Of a DNA stretch of 64,000 nucleotides, positions 49,017 to 59,480 are shown piece by piece. The DNA is taken from positions 1,298,609 to 1,362,608 of the forward strand of contig CBDCGL010000011.1 of the NCBI GenBank assembly GCA_965216755.1. Direction: 5' to 3'. The DNA is from Alphaproteobacteria bacterium (lineage in GTDB: Bacteria; Pseudomonadota; Alphaproteobacteria; UBA7887). Made by a program: the position numbers and the translations under genes. Within the stretch, counting starts at the first letter, position 1, and each line of letters opens with the position of its first letter. The notes below the pieces were generated by a model. It did no database searches. It was not told the origin of the DNA and saw only the letters and a program-made list of their open reading frames with translations.

Positions 49017-50979
49017 CGCAGGCTCCCTGATCGACAACTGCCTGATATCCGGCGCGCGGCAACCGAATCTCAAATAGGGTTCCGACGCCGACACCACTCC
49101 TTACCTCGATCGTGCCCCCGTAGCGCTCGATGATAGCTTTGGCAATCGAAAGGCCCAATCCGGTCCCTTTTTCACCATCTGCCCGGCGGCTGAAAAATGG
49201 ATCATAAATGTGAGGAAGGTCTCCAGGCTGGATCCCACAGCCCGTATCCTCGAATATGATTTCTACGTTGTCTTGCGTCTCCGAAGTCGCGATTCTGAGT
49301 TCGTCGCCCGGCGACATGGCGTGAAACGCGTTTTGCACAAAATTCAGGACAATCATTCGAATCTCGCTGTCGCTGCACAGTACGCGCGGTTGCCGCGGAT
49401 CCAGATCAAGCTCTATGCGATGTTCATGCGACTTGGATTCAAACGACAATAGAGACACGGTGTCGCTGATCGCACGGTTGACATCGACCAGTTCCGGGGA
49501 CCTGCTTGGTGGTGCGCTCAACTTCATCAAGCGCTCTGTCACTTCGATGCATTTATCGATCTCAGTATCGACAGTACTCAGATACTGACCTATGTCATCA
49601 AGGGACTTATCTTCCCGCCCCGTTGCTCGGAGCGCCGCTTGCAGCGCCAACCTGATAGAGCTCAGCGGATTGTGGATTTCGTGCGCGACACCCGTGGCGA
49701 GTTGGTCCAATTCCTTCAACTTCTGCTCTTGGGAAATTTGCATCTCGTTTGATAGGTCGCGAATGGACTCAACGACCAGCGTCTTCGGCCGTCCCTCTTC
49801 TTCCAACATAAGTGGTGCGGCGTAAACCTGCACCCGCGACAGGGACCCGTCGTTTAGAACATGCTGGTGGATCGTCTTTACGGGTTTCCCTGTGCGCGCG
49901 ATTTCAGTCAACGGACAAATGACCAATCCAGCCGGACAGGGGCTTTCGCGGCGATGACTTGACTCATAGCAGGGTATGCCGACCACGTCGGTCATATGAA
50001 CGCCAAGATGGCGACAATAGGCCGAATTCGCCGTGACGATCGCGTGGTCCGAATCGATCACACGCAATGGATCTGGATTTGCTTCCAACAATGCTTGCAG
50101 AAATTGCCCTCGCCTTTGCGATTCCCGGATACTTGTCGCCAGATTGTGTGCCATTTCGTTGAAACGGTTTTCAAGCTCGGCCATTTCGTCACGCCCACGT
50201 ACGGCGACTCGGCTATCAAGCTGTCCCGAAGACAGTTTGCGCGTCGCCGTCGCCAACTGGCGAACTGGGCGAACCACGTTGTTGCGGACAAACCACCATC
50301 CAGCACCAACCGTCAACAACACCACGAGCGCGCCCGAACCGGTTAACATAAAGGCCAGCATACGGGCATCCCGACGCACCGGCGCGGCGTCATAGTCGAC
50401 AAAGATGACACCATTGACCGGATGCGCTTCGACCGAACCATGACACCCGATACAAGCAGGGCGGTTCCGGATCGGGTTCACGCTGCGCAACACCTCCCGT
50501 CCCTGCGCATCAACAGTAAAAACACTGCGCGGCCGGGACGCCGTCTCCGATGCGTGACACCCGGCGCAGGCAGGATCGGTGCCGCGGTCAAACCGTATTC
50601 CGACACGATCTCCTGACGATGCAAACCTCACTTCACCCGCCGGGTTCACAATCATGACGCCGCTAATCCCCTGCTGCTGACCGAGGCGTACGACAATATC
50701 CCGCAATCCACTCAGGTCTCTTTTCAGCATCGCATTCTCTAGCGATGCTTGGAGCAAGCGATTGATCTGTGTTGAGGCCTCCGTGCGTTCGCGCTCCAGT
50801 TGCGCGCGATACATGCCGACAAACAGCACTAAGAAAATAAGCGACGCGGCAACCAGACCAATCGTCATAATGACGGTAAATCTACGATCTAGTCGCGATA
50901 TCAACGGCGTGACCCTCAGCCAGAAACCCCTTTTGACAATGTCACAAATCGGACATTTCAATTGGGCCCAAAAAAGCAC
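48991..50979 (-). CDS. sensor histidine kinase with periplasmic di-haem (2x CXXCH) sensor domain
   Basis: TM helix, then periplasmic domain with CAGCH and CIGCH. HAMP, PAS-like, HisKA (HEIHNPLSSI) and HATPase_c domains follow. GTG start at 50979 or ATG at 50868. Confidence 0.8.
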   Translation of the reverse strand: MLFWAQLKCPICDIVKRGFWLRVTPLISRLDRRFTVIMTIGLVAASLIFLVLFVGMYRAQLERERTEASTQINRLLQASLENAMLKRDLSGLRDIVVRLGQQQGISGVMIVNPAGEVRFASSGDRVGIRFDRGTDPACAGCHASETASRPRSVFTVDAQGREVLRSVNPIRNRPACIGCHGSVEAHPVNGVIFVDYDAAPVRRDARMLAFMLTGSGALVVLLTVGAGWWFVRNNVVRPVRQLATATRKLSSGQLDSRVAVRGRDEMAELENRFNEMAHNLATSIRESQRRGQFLQALLEANPDPLRVIDSDHAIVTANSAYCRHLGVHMTDVVGIPCYESSHRRESPCPAGLVICPLTEIARTGKPVKTIHQHVLNDGSLSRVQVYAAPLMLEEEGRPKTLVVESIRDLSNEMQISQEQKLKELDQLATGVAHEIHNPLSSIRLALQAALRATGREDKSLDDIGQYLSTVDTEIDKCIEVTERLMKLSAPPSRSPELVDVNRAISDTVSLLSFESKSHEHRIELDLDPRQPRVLCSDSEIRMIVLNFVQNAFHAMSPGDELRIATSETQDNVEIIFEDTGCGIQPGDLPHIYDPFFSRRADGEKGTGLGLSIAKAIIERYGGTIEVRSGVGVGTLFEIRLPRAGYQAVVDQGACVEAEHIDH

Positions 50980-51039
50980 ATAGTTATAAGGGTTTTTGGG
51001 ACGTAACGCCAGCGCGGCGCCCTCCCAACGCGAGTCGTC

Positions 51040-52113
51040 TTATGCCAAGACTTGAAAGAGATTGAGCTTTCGTCCGGTTTCACGACATACCCAACACGTC
51101 GCGGACTCAAGAGCCTGGTCGCCCGGCATGTGAAACGGCGTACCACAGCGCGCACAGACCTGGCGCCGCAACGGCAATTGAAGCTGCGTGGGCGCGATGT
51201 CGGTCCCGATCGATATGGCGTGCTGTCTGCAAACATCCACACACAGCATACACCCACTGCATCGGTTCGCCTTCAGCCCATAGTGCGTATTGTCACCGTC
51301 ACGCCGCAGAGTGATCGCGCCATGTGCGCACAAGCGCACGCAGGCGTCACAGCCCGAGCACCGTTCGCTGTCGATCTCCGGGACAAAGGGAAGTAGAGCC
51401 GTATCGCCATCCGCGAACAGAGGTGGCCTGTGCTTTGGCCGTGGCGCCTCGTCCGCGACCGTCTGTCGCTCGACGCGATCGATAAGTGTACTAACCATAC
51501 CCTTCAGGAGCGAACGACGGCCGAGCCCGTTGTCGCGCCGGCGCACTTCGGCGCCGTCACGCGCCGCCCGCCACTTGCCGACGGGCAGCAAGCGAATGGC
51601 CAAAGCCGGCTGGTCCCGCGCCGACAAATACTGGTTCACGGTATCAACGACAGACTCAAGGCGCATACACGCCCCCCGCCGGCATGTGTCACATGGTGCC
51701 TCGGCGACCCACAACGTATAGATTCCGCGGTCGTGAAGTTGGAACAAAGCACGCATCGAAATTGCATGGACACATGGCACGACGCCTGCGCCGTCGTCGC
51801 TTGTCGCAGTATCGCAGGCGACGAACGCGACGCCTTGCCCGCGCACATCACGCATTGTTGTGGCAAATTTGGCCTCGATCGCGGATTCTGGGCATACTGC
51901 CGCGCACAGGCCGCAGCCGTCGCAACGGCCGACGTCGATCATCAAGCCATCATCGCACAACGACAAAGCGCCTTCGGGGCAGGCCTTGACACAGGCGGTG
52001 CATGTCGCATCGACCGTACGCCCGTGGACGCATAAGTTGCCATCAATCTCGGGACATTGATCGTGCGCCGCATCCCTCGGCGAATCCGCCATTTCCAATC
52101 GACCAATCACCAA
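51040..52113 (-). CDS. multi-cluster 4Fe-4S ferredoxin-type protein
   Basis: 357 aa. Several CxxCxxCxxxCP motifs (CTACVKACPE, CDGCGLCAAVCPE, CSGCDACVRLC, CSGCMLCVDVC). Confidence 0.7.
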   Translation of the reverse strand: MVIGRLEMADSPRDAAHDQCPEIDGNLCVHGRTVDATCTACVKACPEGALSLCDDGLMIDVGRCDGCGLCAAVCPESAIEAKFATTMRDVRGQGVAFVACDTATSDDGAGVVPCVHAISMRALFQLHDRGIYTLWVAEAPCDTCRRGACMRLESVVDTVNQYLSARDQPALAIRLLPVGKWRAARDGAEVRRRDNGLGRRSLLKGMVSTLIDRVERQTVADEAPRPKHRPPLFADGDTALLPFVPEIDSERCSGCDACVRLCAHGAITLRRDGDNTHYGLKANRCSGCMLCVDVCRQHAISIGTDIAPTQLQLPLRRQVCARCGTPFHMPGDQALESATCWVCRETGRKLNLFQVLA

Positions 52114-52880
52114 CTCGGCGCGGTGCCAGGTAGATAAGTTGGGCCCAATTCGCCGCAGTCTTTTGAAAATCTCTTGTTGGCGCGTAGCTGCTCGTAGTTG
52201 GGCTTGGGCTGATCAAGTGCAAGTGCGAACAATTCACGTGCGCGATGAAGATAGGCTGCAGTCGTTCCCGCCAAACCCGCGTAGAAAGGCATTTCGCACC
52301 GCGCCATGACGCGCTCCGCGAAAGCGTCGATCCAGAGCAGGAGGTGCTGATCCAAAAACGCTGCCGCGTCTCTCACCGCCTGCAAATCGCGTCCATCCGT
52401 CAGCAACCGGCCAACAAACTGCAGTTGCAAAACCAGGTGATCATCCGCGCGACTTGCCCAGTCTTGAACACAAACACCGTGGCGCCGGTACCAAGCCCGC
52501 ACTTCAAACATCGGTTGCTGACGTTCCAATCCATCTTCGTCCAGCCACACCGATTCGTAAGGGGACGCGCGGTAGCCATGCGTCAAATAGATTTCGCCAT
52601 ATTCGACCGCGAGCCGATCCAGTACGTCATCACCAGGTGTATCTGGCAACGCCGCCACCGCCTGATCGAATATATCGAGTGCGGCGCGTCCCGCCGCCGT
52701 CTCCAGTCGAAGACCCAGGCTTTGGGCAAGCCCTTCTTCACGCAGCGCTGCTAGGGTCTTCGCCTCTGGCTCCTTGTCATGAAGCATGGCCAAGAGCTTG
52801 AGATCCGCGGCCACACTCGTCCGCAGTTGGTCGAGCAAATCACGACCCCCGGGCATCTCGGACGCCACGGCCGATGCCAT
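52107..52880 (-). CDS. TorD/DmsD-family redox-enzyme maturation chaperone
   Basis: Family-like motif pattern (PDDHL.LQLQF..L, ESVWLDEDGL). ATG at 52880 sits 1 nt after the DmsB-like stop. Confidence 0.6.
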   Translation of the reverse strand: MASAVASEMPGGRDLLDQLRTSVAADLKLLAMLHDKEPEAKTLAALREEGLAQSLGLRLETAAGRAALDIFDQAVAALPDTPGDDVLDRLAVEYGEIYLTHGYRASPYESVWLDEDGLERQQPMFEVRAWYRRHGVCVQDWASRADDHLVLQLQFVGRLLTDGRDLQAVRDAAAFLDQHLLLWIDAFAERVMARCEMPFYAGLAGTTAAYLHRARELFALALDQPKPNYEQLRANKRFSKDCGELGPTYLPGTAPSW

Positions 52881-52881
52881 T

Positions 52882-53553
52882 TCAGCCGGCATCGACGCGG
52901 CCTTTGCTGTGCGCCACAAAAGCAATCGACGGTCTGGTTAACGCTGGATCCGCCAAATTCTTGACTTGCTGCGTCACTTTGTCCGCCGGACCCAACGCCT
53001 TAGTCTCATAGCCACCCGCTACGATCTGGTCAATCGGCCCAACATCCAGCACGCGCATCATGCAAGCCATGACGCAATAGGGTTTTCGACCCGCATCAAT
53101 TTCGTCGACGCACATATTGCATTTCTTGACCAGGTTATCTTCCGGATCAAATTGCGGTGCACCATAGGGGCATGCGGCCTCGCATCGCCGACACCCAATG
53201 CACAGCGTCGAGTCGATATCAACGATGCCATCTTTCTTGCGCTTGAATATGGCCCCGGTCGGACATGTCGGCAAACATGCCGGTTCTGCGCAATGGTTGC
53301 ATGACATATTAACCTTGTACGCATAAACGTCCGGGAACTGGCCGCCTTCGATGTATTGCACTCGGCGAAATCGAGGCCCTGGGCCAAGACCATTCTTGTC
53401 TTTACAAGCAATTTCGCACGCGCGGCACCCGATACAATCAACGTTGTGATGCACGAATCCGAGTTGCGTATCGGGCACGACCGGCTTGTAAACTTCGCGC
53501 TTGCGCCTCTTGACTGCTTCTTTGACCCGTGCCTTATCGATCTGGTTCGTCAT
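52882..53553 (-). CDS. DMSO-reductase-family iron-sulfur subunit (DmsB-like, 4x [4Fe-4S])
   Basis: 223 aa with four ferredoxin Cys clusters (CIGCRACEIAC, CNHCAEPACLPTCP, CIGCRRCEAACP, CNMCVDEID...CVMAC). Confidence 0.85.
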   Translation of the reverse strand: MTNQIDKARVKEAVKRRKREVYKPVVPDTQLGFVHHNVDCIGCRACEIACKDKNGLGPGPRFRRVQYIEGGQFPDVYAYKVNMSCNHCAEPACLPTCPTGAIFKRKKDGIVDIDSTLCIGCRRCEAACPYGAPQFDPEDNLVKKCNMCVDEIDAGRKPYCVMACMMRVLDVGPIDQIVAGGYETKALGPADKVTQQVKNLADPALTRPSIAFVAHSKGRVDAG

Positions 53554-53576
53554 GGAACAACTCCCCCTAAAACGTT

Positions 53577-56117
53577 TTAGTTGTCACGCCGGAAAACGTG
53601 GCCACGTGCCGTGGCAAGCTTGTCCCATCCGGGCCTGTGGGTGAGCTCTGTCTTGGACATGTTGACCAGAATCGTATTGTACGCGAACGCGCCCGCCGGA
53701 CTCGGTTCGTCGGCTGTCAAGAAGTCCGGATTGCCCGAGCGGTCGACCCCTGTTTCATCGAGATCCATCCAGGCCCCTTCGTGCAGAACGACGACGCCGG
53801 GCATGCACCTTTCGGTCACATAGGCCGGCACAACCGTGGCACCACGATCGTTCCAAACATAGACGGCGTCACCAGTCTTGATACCCAACCCCTCGGCGTC
53901 TTTCGTGTTGATCGTCACCTCTTGCTCGTAGGTCTCGCGCAACCAAGGAATGTTGTTGAAGATCGAATGGGTGCGCCACCGGGGATGCGGCGTGATCATG
54001 TGGAACGGATACTTCTCCGCTTTCGGGTGATTGAGCGACTCCCACGGCTCAATCCATTTCGGGATGTAAGGGATCGGCGCGCCAAACTGCGTCTTCTTCC
54101 AATCCGTGACCGACGCCAACTGTGTCGAGAAAATCTCAACCTTTCCTGACGGAGTCGAGAACGGTTGACCTTTCTCGACTTGATCCCGGAACGCAACGTG
54201 TGGTTCGTCGAGCTCAAATTTGTAGACCCCACGTTTCTTGAACTCATCCCACGATATCTCGACGTGGTGGTGATGCCGTACTTTGGTCTCCCACCACTCA
54301 CTGAGATACGCTTCGTCGACAGCGTCGTCATTGTAGAAATAGTCGCGCGTGGCCTTCGGATTGAAGACGTTTCCAAATCCCAATCGGAAGCCGAGCTCGG
54401 TGAAGATCTGCAAGTCGCTTTTGCTTTCCCCCAACGGCTCAATGACTTTCGGCCGATGAATGTAGTAATGCCCCTTGTACCAAGGTAGGGCCACGTCGTG
54501 CCGTTCGAAATGCGTGGCTACCGGTAGTAACACGTCGGCCCAAATCCCGGACGGGGTTATCGTGGAGTCTTGGCAAACCACGAGATCAAGCTTCTTTATG
54601 GCTTCGATCTCTTTGTTGATATTCGTCAACTGATTGAACCAATCGGATGCCTGCCACCAAATTGCACGGATATTCGGAATCACGCCGTCCATTGGCCCAG
54701 GTTTTGGCCACAATCCAACATCCTCGCGCCGCACATACGGGTAGTTCAACACACAATGCGCCCACCGATCGGACTTAATCGCAGCCGCGTGCACGTTAGC
54801 ATATTGATCGTATGGGCCGGCGACGCTTTCCATATGCCAGCCCTTGCCGACACCTTCACTCGAACCGCCCAAAACACCGATGTTCCCGGTTTGCGCTTGC
54901 AGCGCCGCGGCCATACGGCTGTATTGTTCCCCATAGGCGGCGCGCCCGGGCGCCCAAGACGCCTTGAGCGCGGCTGGCTTGGTTGTGCCATACATTTCGG
55001 CCAATTTCTTGATGTCCGCGGCGGACACACCGCAAATGGGTTCGGCCCACTCCGGTGTTTTTGGTTGACCATCATAACGGCCATAAATGTAGTCGCGGAA
55101 GTTCTCCATATTGGCCGCCCAGGGCGGCATGGTGCCCTGATCCATTCCCAAGCAGAATCTATCGATGAAATCTTGATCCTGCCAATTATTCTCAAAAATG
55201 TGGAAGGCCATGGCGGCAAGCATCGCCGCGTCTGTGTTCGGCTTGATCGGAATCCACCATGCGTCGTAGGCGGCTGCCGAGTCCGTGTACTGAGGATCGA
55301 CGACGACAAATTTGCAGCCGCGTTGCTTCGCCAGCCGCATATAGTAGAACGTATTGCCGCCATGAAATGTGTAAGCCGGATTCCAGCCCCACATAATGAT
55401 CAATTTGGAATGAGCGAACGCGTCATCCTCGTTGCCGTCTTCGATTGTTCCGAACGTCTGTAGTGAACTAAATGTTGTACCTTGATAGGATGGCACGGAC
55501 CATGACACGGTGCGGCAGCCAAATATGCCGAGGAACCGACCCAGAGACCCTTCGATCTGATCCGACTTGTGCAGGGCACCCCAAGACGCACCCGCATAGG
55601 ACTGATCGAGAATGGCCGTCGGGCCGTATGTATTCTTCAGGTGCAACATGCGCTCGGCGAGATAGTCAAGGGTATAGTCCCAAGACGCGCGTTTGAACTT
55701 GCCCTCACCACGTGCGCCGACCCGGATCATTGGGTAAAGCAACCGTTCCGGCGAATAAATACGCGATCGATACGATCGGCCACGCAAGCAAGCCCGCACT
55801 TGCGGCACCGCTTCCGTGTCAGTGTTAAACGCATCGCCTTGATAGGTTCCGTCGTCCGTCGACAAGCGAACGATCACATTGCCCTTTTTGTGCGCAACCA
55901 GCATATGGCGCGAACCACAGTTGTGTGCGCAGCTGGTGACAACCGTGGTGAGCTCATCATCCGTGTAATAGGGCTCATAAGCGAACGCGTCAGCCTGTTG
56001 GCTCTGTGCGGTGCTCACCAAGCCGGCCGTCGCGCCGGCGGCGGCCGATTGCAGAAAGCCCCGCCGCGAAACATTGAACGCTGATCTCAATTCATCCAGG
56101 CGATTTTGTTTAGTCAT
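53577..56117 (-). CDS. molybdopterin oxidoreductase catalytic subunit (DMSO reductase family, DmsA-like), Tat signal
   Basis: 846 aa. Tat signal SRRGFLQSAAAGATAGLVSTAQS. N-terminal Cys cluster for [4Fe-4S] (CAHNCGSRH...), bis-MGD domains, C-terminal molybdopterin dinucleotide-binding domain. Confidence 0.85.
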   Translation of the reverse strand: MTKQNRLDELRSAFNVSRRGFLQSAAAGATAGLVSTAQSQQADAFAYEPYYTDDELTTVVTSCAHNCGSRHMLVAHKKGNVIVRLSTDDGTYQGDAFNTDTEAVPQVRACLRGRSYRSRIYSPERLLYPMIRVGARGEGKFKRASWDYTLDYLAERMLHLKNTYGPTAILDQSYAGASWGALHKSDQIEGSLGRFLGIFGCRTVSWSVPSYQGTTFSSLQTFGTIEDGNEDDAFAHSKLIIMWGWNPAYTFHGGNTFYYMRLAKQRGCKFVVVDPQYTDSAAAYDAWWIPIKPNTDAAMLAAMAFHIFENNWQDQDFIDRFCLGMDQGTMPPWAANMENFRDYIYGRYDGQPKTPEWAEPICGVSAADIKKLAEMYGTTKPAALKASWAPGRAAYGEQYSRMAAALQAQTGNIGVLGGSSEGVGKGWHMESVAGPYDQYANVHAAAIKSDRWAHCVLNYPYVRREDVGLWPKPGPMDGVIPNIRAIWWQASDWFNQLTNINKEIEAIKKLDLVVCQDSTITPSGIWADVLLPVATHFERHDVALPWYKGHYYIHRPKVIEPLGESKSDLQIFTELGFRLGFGNVFNPKATRDYFYNDDAVDEAYLSEWWETKVRHHHHVEISWDEFKKRGVYKFELDEPHVAFRDQVEKGQPFSTPSGKVEIFSTQLASVTDWKKTQFGAPIPYIPKWIEPWESLNHPKAEKYPFHMITPHPRWRTHSIFNNIPWLRETYEQEVTINTKDAEGLGIKTGDAVYVWNDRGATVVPAYVTERCMPGVVVLHEGAWMDLDETGVDRSGNPDFLTADEPSPAGAFAYNTILVNMSKTELTHRPGWDKLATARGHVFRRDN

Positions 56118-56187
56118 TACTGAGTTCCTGTCTGGTGTCGCCTACTGCACAACTTGTCGTTGCTATTTCCTGCCATGACGTTTGACG

Positions 56188-56988
56188 TCACTGCGCGTTG
56201 ATGCGAAAGCGTGACGCCGACTCGGTCGGGCGATCGACCGCCCATTCCGGCGTTTCTTCCGGCATGTCCGGCCAAGGATGTCGCGGGTATGGATACGATG
56301 TCGCGTACCACGCACGGCCACCATGACAGCCGTAGCAAACATCTGAGCTCTCTCTTGCCAGTTCTTCTATGGCATCTGCCTTGAGGTAGTTGACGTTGTG
56401 CCGAACCGTACGGAACAGTTCCTCATGACACAGCTGGCATCCATTGGGTGTCGCCTCATCCTCCAGATCAACACGAACTTCTGGCCAAGGCCCCTCGACG
56501 CCGAGCATCAGTTCGTTTGGAAAACGCCCATGACACAACAAGCACGTTTCTTGAGGGACCACCGACTTACGTAAACTAAATCCAGCGTCAGCGGCGGTCG
56601 GTGGTATGGGTGCTTCTTCACGGGGATCGTGACCCAGGTGGCAGGTGTTGCATTGCAAATCCATAACCTGCGTCGCGTATGGGGTTATCAAATGCCTCCG
56701 ATGAAAAGTTTCTTGATCTCCCTGATATGTATCCAATGTCTGATACCACGCCGTTGATTCCACAGCTTCAACGCCTGCCGGCGACTCGCTTAGAACGCGG
56801 CGGTCGATAATTTCCTGGTGACAGGACAAACATTGATCGTTCGTTGCTGACTCGATTGCCGGCCGGAAATGAATTGGATCCCAGATGGCGCTCTCATAGT
56901 CGATCTCCGCGGCACTAGCACCGGACGCCGCCCACAACCCGACATACATGGCAGTCAACGGCCGCACGATGGCCATCACCTTATTCAT
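56188..56988 (-). CDS. pentaheme c-type cytochrome
   Basis: 266 aa. Signal peptide and five CXXCH motifs (CLSCH, CNTCH, CLLCH, CQLCH, CYGCH). Confidence 0.75.
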   Translation of the reverse strand: MNKVMAIVRPLTAMYVGLWAASGASAAEIDYESAIWDPIHFRPAIESATNDQCLSCHQEIIDRRVLSESPAGVEAVESTAWYQTLDTYQGDQETFHRRHLITPYATQVMDLQCNTCHLGHDPREEAPIPPTAADAGFSLRKSVVPQETCLLCHGRFPNELMLGVEGPWPEVRVDLEDEATPNGCQLCHEELFRTVRHNVNYLKADAIEELARESSDVCYGCHGGRAWYATSYPYPRHPWPDMPEETPEWAVDRPTESASRFRINAQ

Positions 56989-57359
56989 TGTTGCCCCACC
57001 ACTTGTTGCGTCGCCCCACTCATGGAGGCCGTTTCTTCATTGGATATCTCGCTGTGGCTCTGGTGCCATCCACGAATGTCGTACGGTCCGGTCATGCCTG
57101 GACGTGTAAAAGGCGTGAACCAGGCCCCCTGATCTTCGAGAAAACGGAGACTATAGGGATAAGGACTGTCGACGCCTGTGAGGGCGTGGTCATACCAAGC
57201 CCCATTCTTTTCCAACTCATGGACCACCGGCGCGTCTGCCGGCCGCTGATCTGGCTTGGTTCCAGCGACTGAAAGAGTTGTTTGGCTGGCTTGCGCGCCT
57301 ACATGTCCGAGACTGGCCAGAACGACACCCGCCAGCGGCACAAGTTTCCACAGTGTCAT
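56985..57359 (-). CDS. hypothetical secreted protein
   Basis: Start placed at MTLWKLVPLAGVVLASLGHVGAQA (signal peptide). Stop overlaps the cytochrome start (ATGA). Contains two GAW[YF] segments. Confidence 0.45.
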   Translation of the reverse strand: MTLWKLVPLAGVVLASLGHVGAQASQTTLSVAGTKPDQRPADAPVVHELEKNGAWYDHALTGVDSPYPYSLRFLEDQGAWFTPFTRPGMTGPYDIRGWHQSHSEISNEETASMSGATQQVVGQQ

Positions 57360-57474
57360 GCTATTTCTCACTCTTCTTTTTCTTGCCCGCACGCGTCGTC
57401 CCTCCCGGCTGGTAAACGCTGTCAAAGAAAATCCTGAACTCTTGGTCATCCTGCCAGTCGCTGGCCTCATCCGG

Positions 57475-57933
57475 CTAGTTTGTCACGTCGGAGTTATCCT
57501 GATCCACATTGCTCGGTCCCGCCATCGGTTGTGTGGCAGTCGGTGCCTGGCCATGCATCCACGGCATGGAGCGCGGTCCTTGTTGGCCAAATAACAAGCC
57601 CGCCGGTGCGTAAAGCAGCAGCCCACCATCTGGCGCGACCCGAAAGAACCCGCGGGAATTGACCAGATTTGTGCTGCCGAACATGCCCAGGATCGTGTAC
57701 ATCACCTCAGGCGGCACGACTTGGCTCACAGGATAAAGGACGATCCCCCCATTTGGCATAAACTGAAAGAAGCCATGGGCGTCCACCAACGAACCAACGG
57801 CGATCGGCTGATCTGGATTAGCCGGCACAAGCGACTGACCATCTTGCGCGAGAACTTGCATCGGTTTGGCCGCCATGAATGCTGTCATGAGCAAGACGAC
57901 GCCAAAACTTGTCACACGCCTAATTACAATCAT
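57475..57933 (-). CDS. small secreted protein with duplicated G[WF][YF]..P.G.L.LYP motif (paralogue of 47236..47658)
   Basis: 152 aa. Signal peptide VVLLMTAFMAAKPMQVLA. Motif copies GFFQFMPNGGIVLYP and GFFRVAPDGGLLLYAP. Met/Pro-rich tail (MPWMHGQAPTATQPMAGP). Confidence 0.6.
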   Translation of the reverse strand: MIVIRRVTSFGVVLLMTAFMAAKPMQVLAQDGQSLVPANPDQPIAVGSLVDAHGFFQFMPNGGIVLYPVSQVVPPEVMYTILGMFGSTNLVNSRGFFRVAPDGGLLLYAPAGLLFGQQGPRSMPWMHGQAPTATQPMAGPSNVDQDNSDVTN

Positions 57934-58082
57934 TGTCTAACTCACAATGTTCCGATCGTGCCATCATGCGTGAAGGTCGCAATCGGGAAGAAAGAGGCTT
58001 CGCGGTGAGTGTCCGGAAAACAACTGACTCGACTTCTGTCGGCGTTCACCGGACACATACACCATGCTAGCGCTTTAGCGTT

Positions 58083-59480
58083 TTAGCGCGGCGGTTCCCA
58101 GTTGCGGGCTGCCATACCTGGCATACCTTGCATGCCCCACATGCCGGGCATACCCTGCATGCCCCACATTCCGGGCATACCCTGCATGCCCCACATTCCG
58201 GGCATACCCTGCATGCCCCACATTCCGGGCATGCCCTGCATACCCCACATTCCGGGGTAGCTGGCGTACATCCCCCACATGCCGGGGTTCATCCCCCACA
58301 TACCAGGCATACCTTGCATGCCCCACATACCGGGCATGCCGTACATGCCGCCCATGCCCCACATGCCAGGGTTCATGCCCCACATACCGGGCATACCTTG
58401 CATGCCCCACATACCGGGCATGCCGTACATACCGCGCATGCCCCACATGCCAGGCATTCCGTACATGCCGCCCATACCGGGCATGCCGTACATGCCGCCC
58501 ATGCCCCACATGCCAGGCATTCCGTACATGCCGCCCATACCGGGCATGCCGTACATGCCGCCCATGCCCCACATGCCGGGGTTCATCCCCCACATGCCGC
58601 GCATGCCATACATGCCGGGCATTCCGTACATGCCACCCATGCCGCGCATGCCCCACATGCCGGGCATTCCGTACATGCCGCCCATGCCGGGATAGTTCGC
58701 GTACATGCCATACATACCGCCCATACCGGGCATTCCGTACATACCGCCCATGCCCCACATGCCGGGGTTCATCCCCCACATGCCGCGCATGCCATACATG
58801 CCGGGCATTCCGTACATGCCACCCATGCCGCGCATGCCCCACATGCCGGGCATTCCGTACATGCCGCCCATGCCGGGATAGTTCGCGTACATGCCATACA
58901 TACCGCCCATACCGGGCATTCCGTACATACCGCCCATGCCGGGCATGCCGTACATGCCGCCCATACCGGGCATGCCGTACATGCCGCCCATACCGGGCAT
59001 TCCGTACATGCCGCCCATGCCCCACATGCCGGGGTTCATCCCCCACATGCCGCGCATGCCATACATGCCGGGCGTTCCGTACATGCCGCCCATGCCGGGA
59101 TAGTTCGCGTACATGCCGCCCATGCCCCACATGCCGGGGTTCATCCCCCACATGCCGCCCATGCCGGGATAGTTCGCGTACATGCCGCCCATGCCCCACA
59201 TGCCGGGATTCATCCCCCACATGCCGCGCATGCCATACATGCCGCCCATGCCCCACATGCCGGGGTTCATCCCCCACATGCCGCGCATGCCATACATGCC
59301 GGGCATTCCGTACATGCCACCCATGCCGGGATAGTTCGCGTACATGCCGGGCATGCCTTGCATGCTCCACATGCCGGGATACATCCCCTGCATACCTTGG
59401 CCGGCGGATGGCTGTGACATCATTAGCATCGCGCCAATGACCATCGCCGTACCGGCCACTCTCCTTAGCTGCTTCAACAT
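58083..59480 (-). CDS. secreted methionine-rich G-M-X tripeptide-repeat protein 1
   Basis: GAGGAAGG RBS 8 nt upstream of ATG 59480. Signal peptide [27 protein letters not shown]. About 440 aa of ([22 protein letters not shown]...) repeats with interspersed YANYPG. Same strand as the whole cluster. Confidence 0.7.
   Translation of the reverse strand: MLKQLRRVAGTAMVIGAMLMMSQPSAGQGMQGMYPGMWSMQGMPGMYANYPGMGGMYGMPGMYGMRGMWGMNPGMWGMGGMYGMRGMWGMNPGMWGMGGMYANYPGMGGMWGMNPGMWGMGGMYANYPGMGGMYGTPGMYGMRGMWGMNPGMWGMGGMYGMPGMGGMYGMPGMGGMYGMPGMGGMYGMPGMGGMYGMYANYPGMGGMYGMPGMWGMRGMGGMYGMPGMYGMRGMWGMNPGMWGMGGMYGMPGMGGMYGMYANYPGMGGMYGMPGMWGMRGMGGMYGMPGMYGMRGMWGMNPGMWGMGGMYGMPGMGGMYGMPGMWGMGGMYGMPGMGGMYGMPGMWGMRGMYGMPGMWGMQGMPGMWGMNPGMWGMGGMYGMPGMWGMQGMPGMWGMNPGMWGMYASYPGMWGMQGMPGMWGMQGMPGMWGMQGMPGMWGMQGMPGMWGMQGMPGMAARNWEPPR
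58110..59410. repeat. coding tandem repeat: 9-nt/27-nt units with 186-nt higher-order near-perfect copies
   Basis: For example, the stretch beginning cccatgccccacatgccgggg at 58561 recurs at 58747. No stop codons in any of six frames, so all frames give long artefactual ORFs. Confidence 0.85.

Noticed and set aside
58003-58060. GTGTCCGG...CCGGACAC inverted repeat after Met-rich gene 1 as an intrinsic terminator
   Set aside because: The stem is only 8 bp with a 37-nt loop and no T-tract. The downstream gene is co-directional and likely co-transcribed.
58075-59370. Alternative minus-strand frames in the repeat (Arg/His-rich [12 protein letters not shown]..., also 60092..60730, 60138..60419)
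   Set aside because: Same artefact. These are internal starts without signal peptide or RBS. The GMX frame is the one continuous with a genuine signal peptide and ribosome-binding site.
58128-59417. Long plus-strand ORFs through the repeat encoding His-rich HAPHAGH-type proteins (also 60145..60780, 59707..60057, 58279..58695, 60140..60412)
   Set aside because: The 9/27-nt repeat unit has no stop codon in any frame, so every frame is open. These frames lack signal peptides and RBS, and they run opposite to the surrounding operon.
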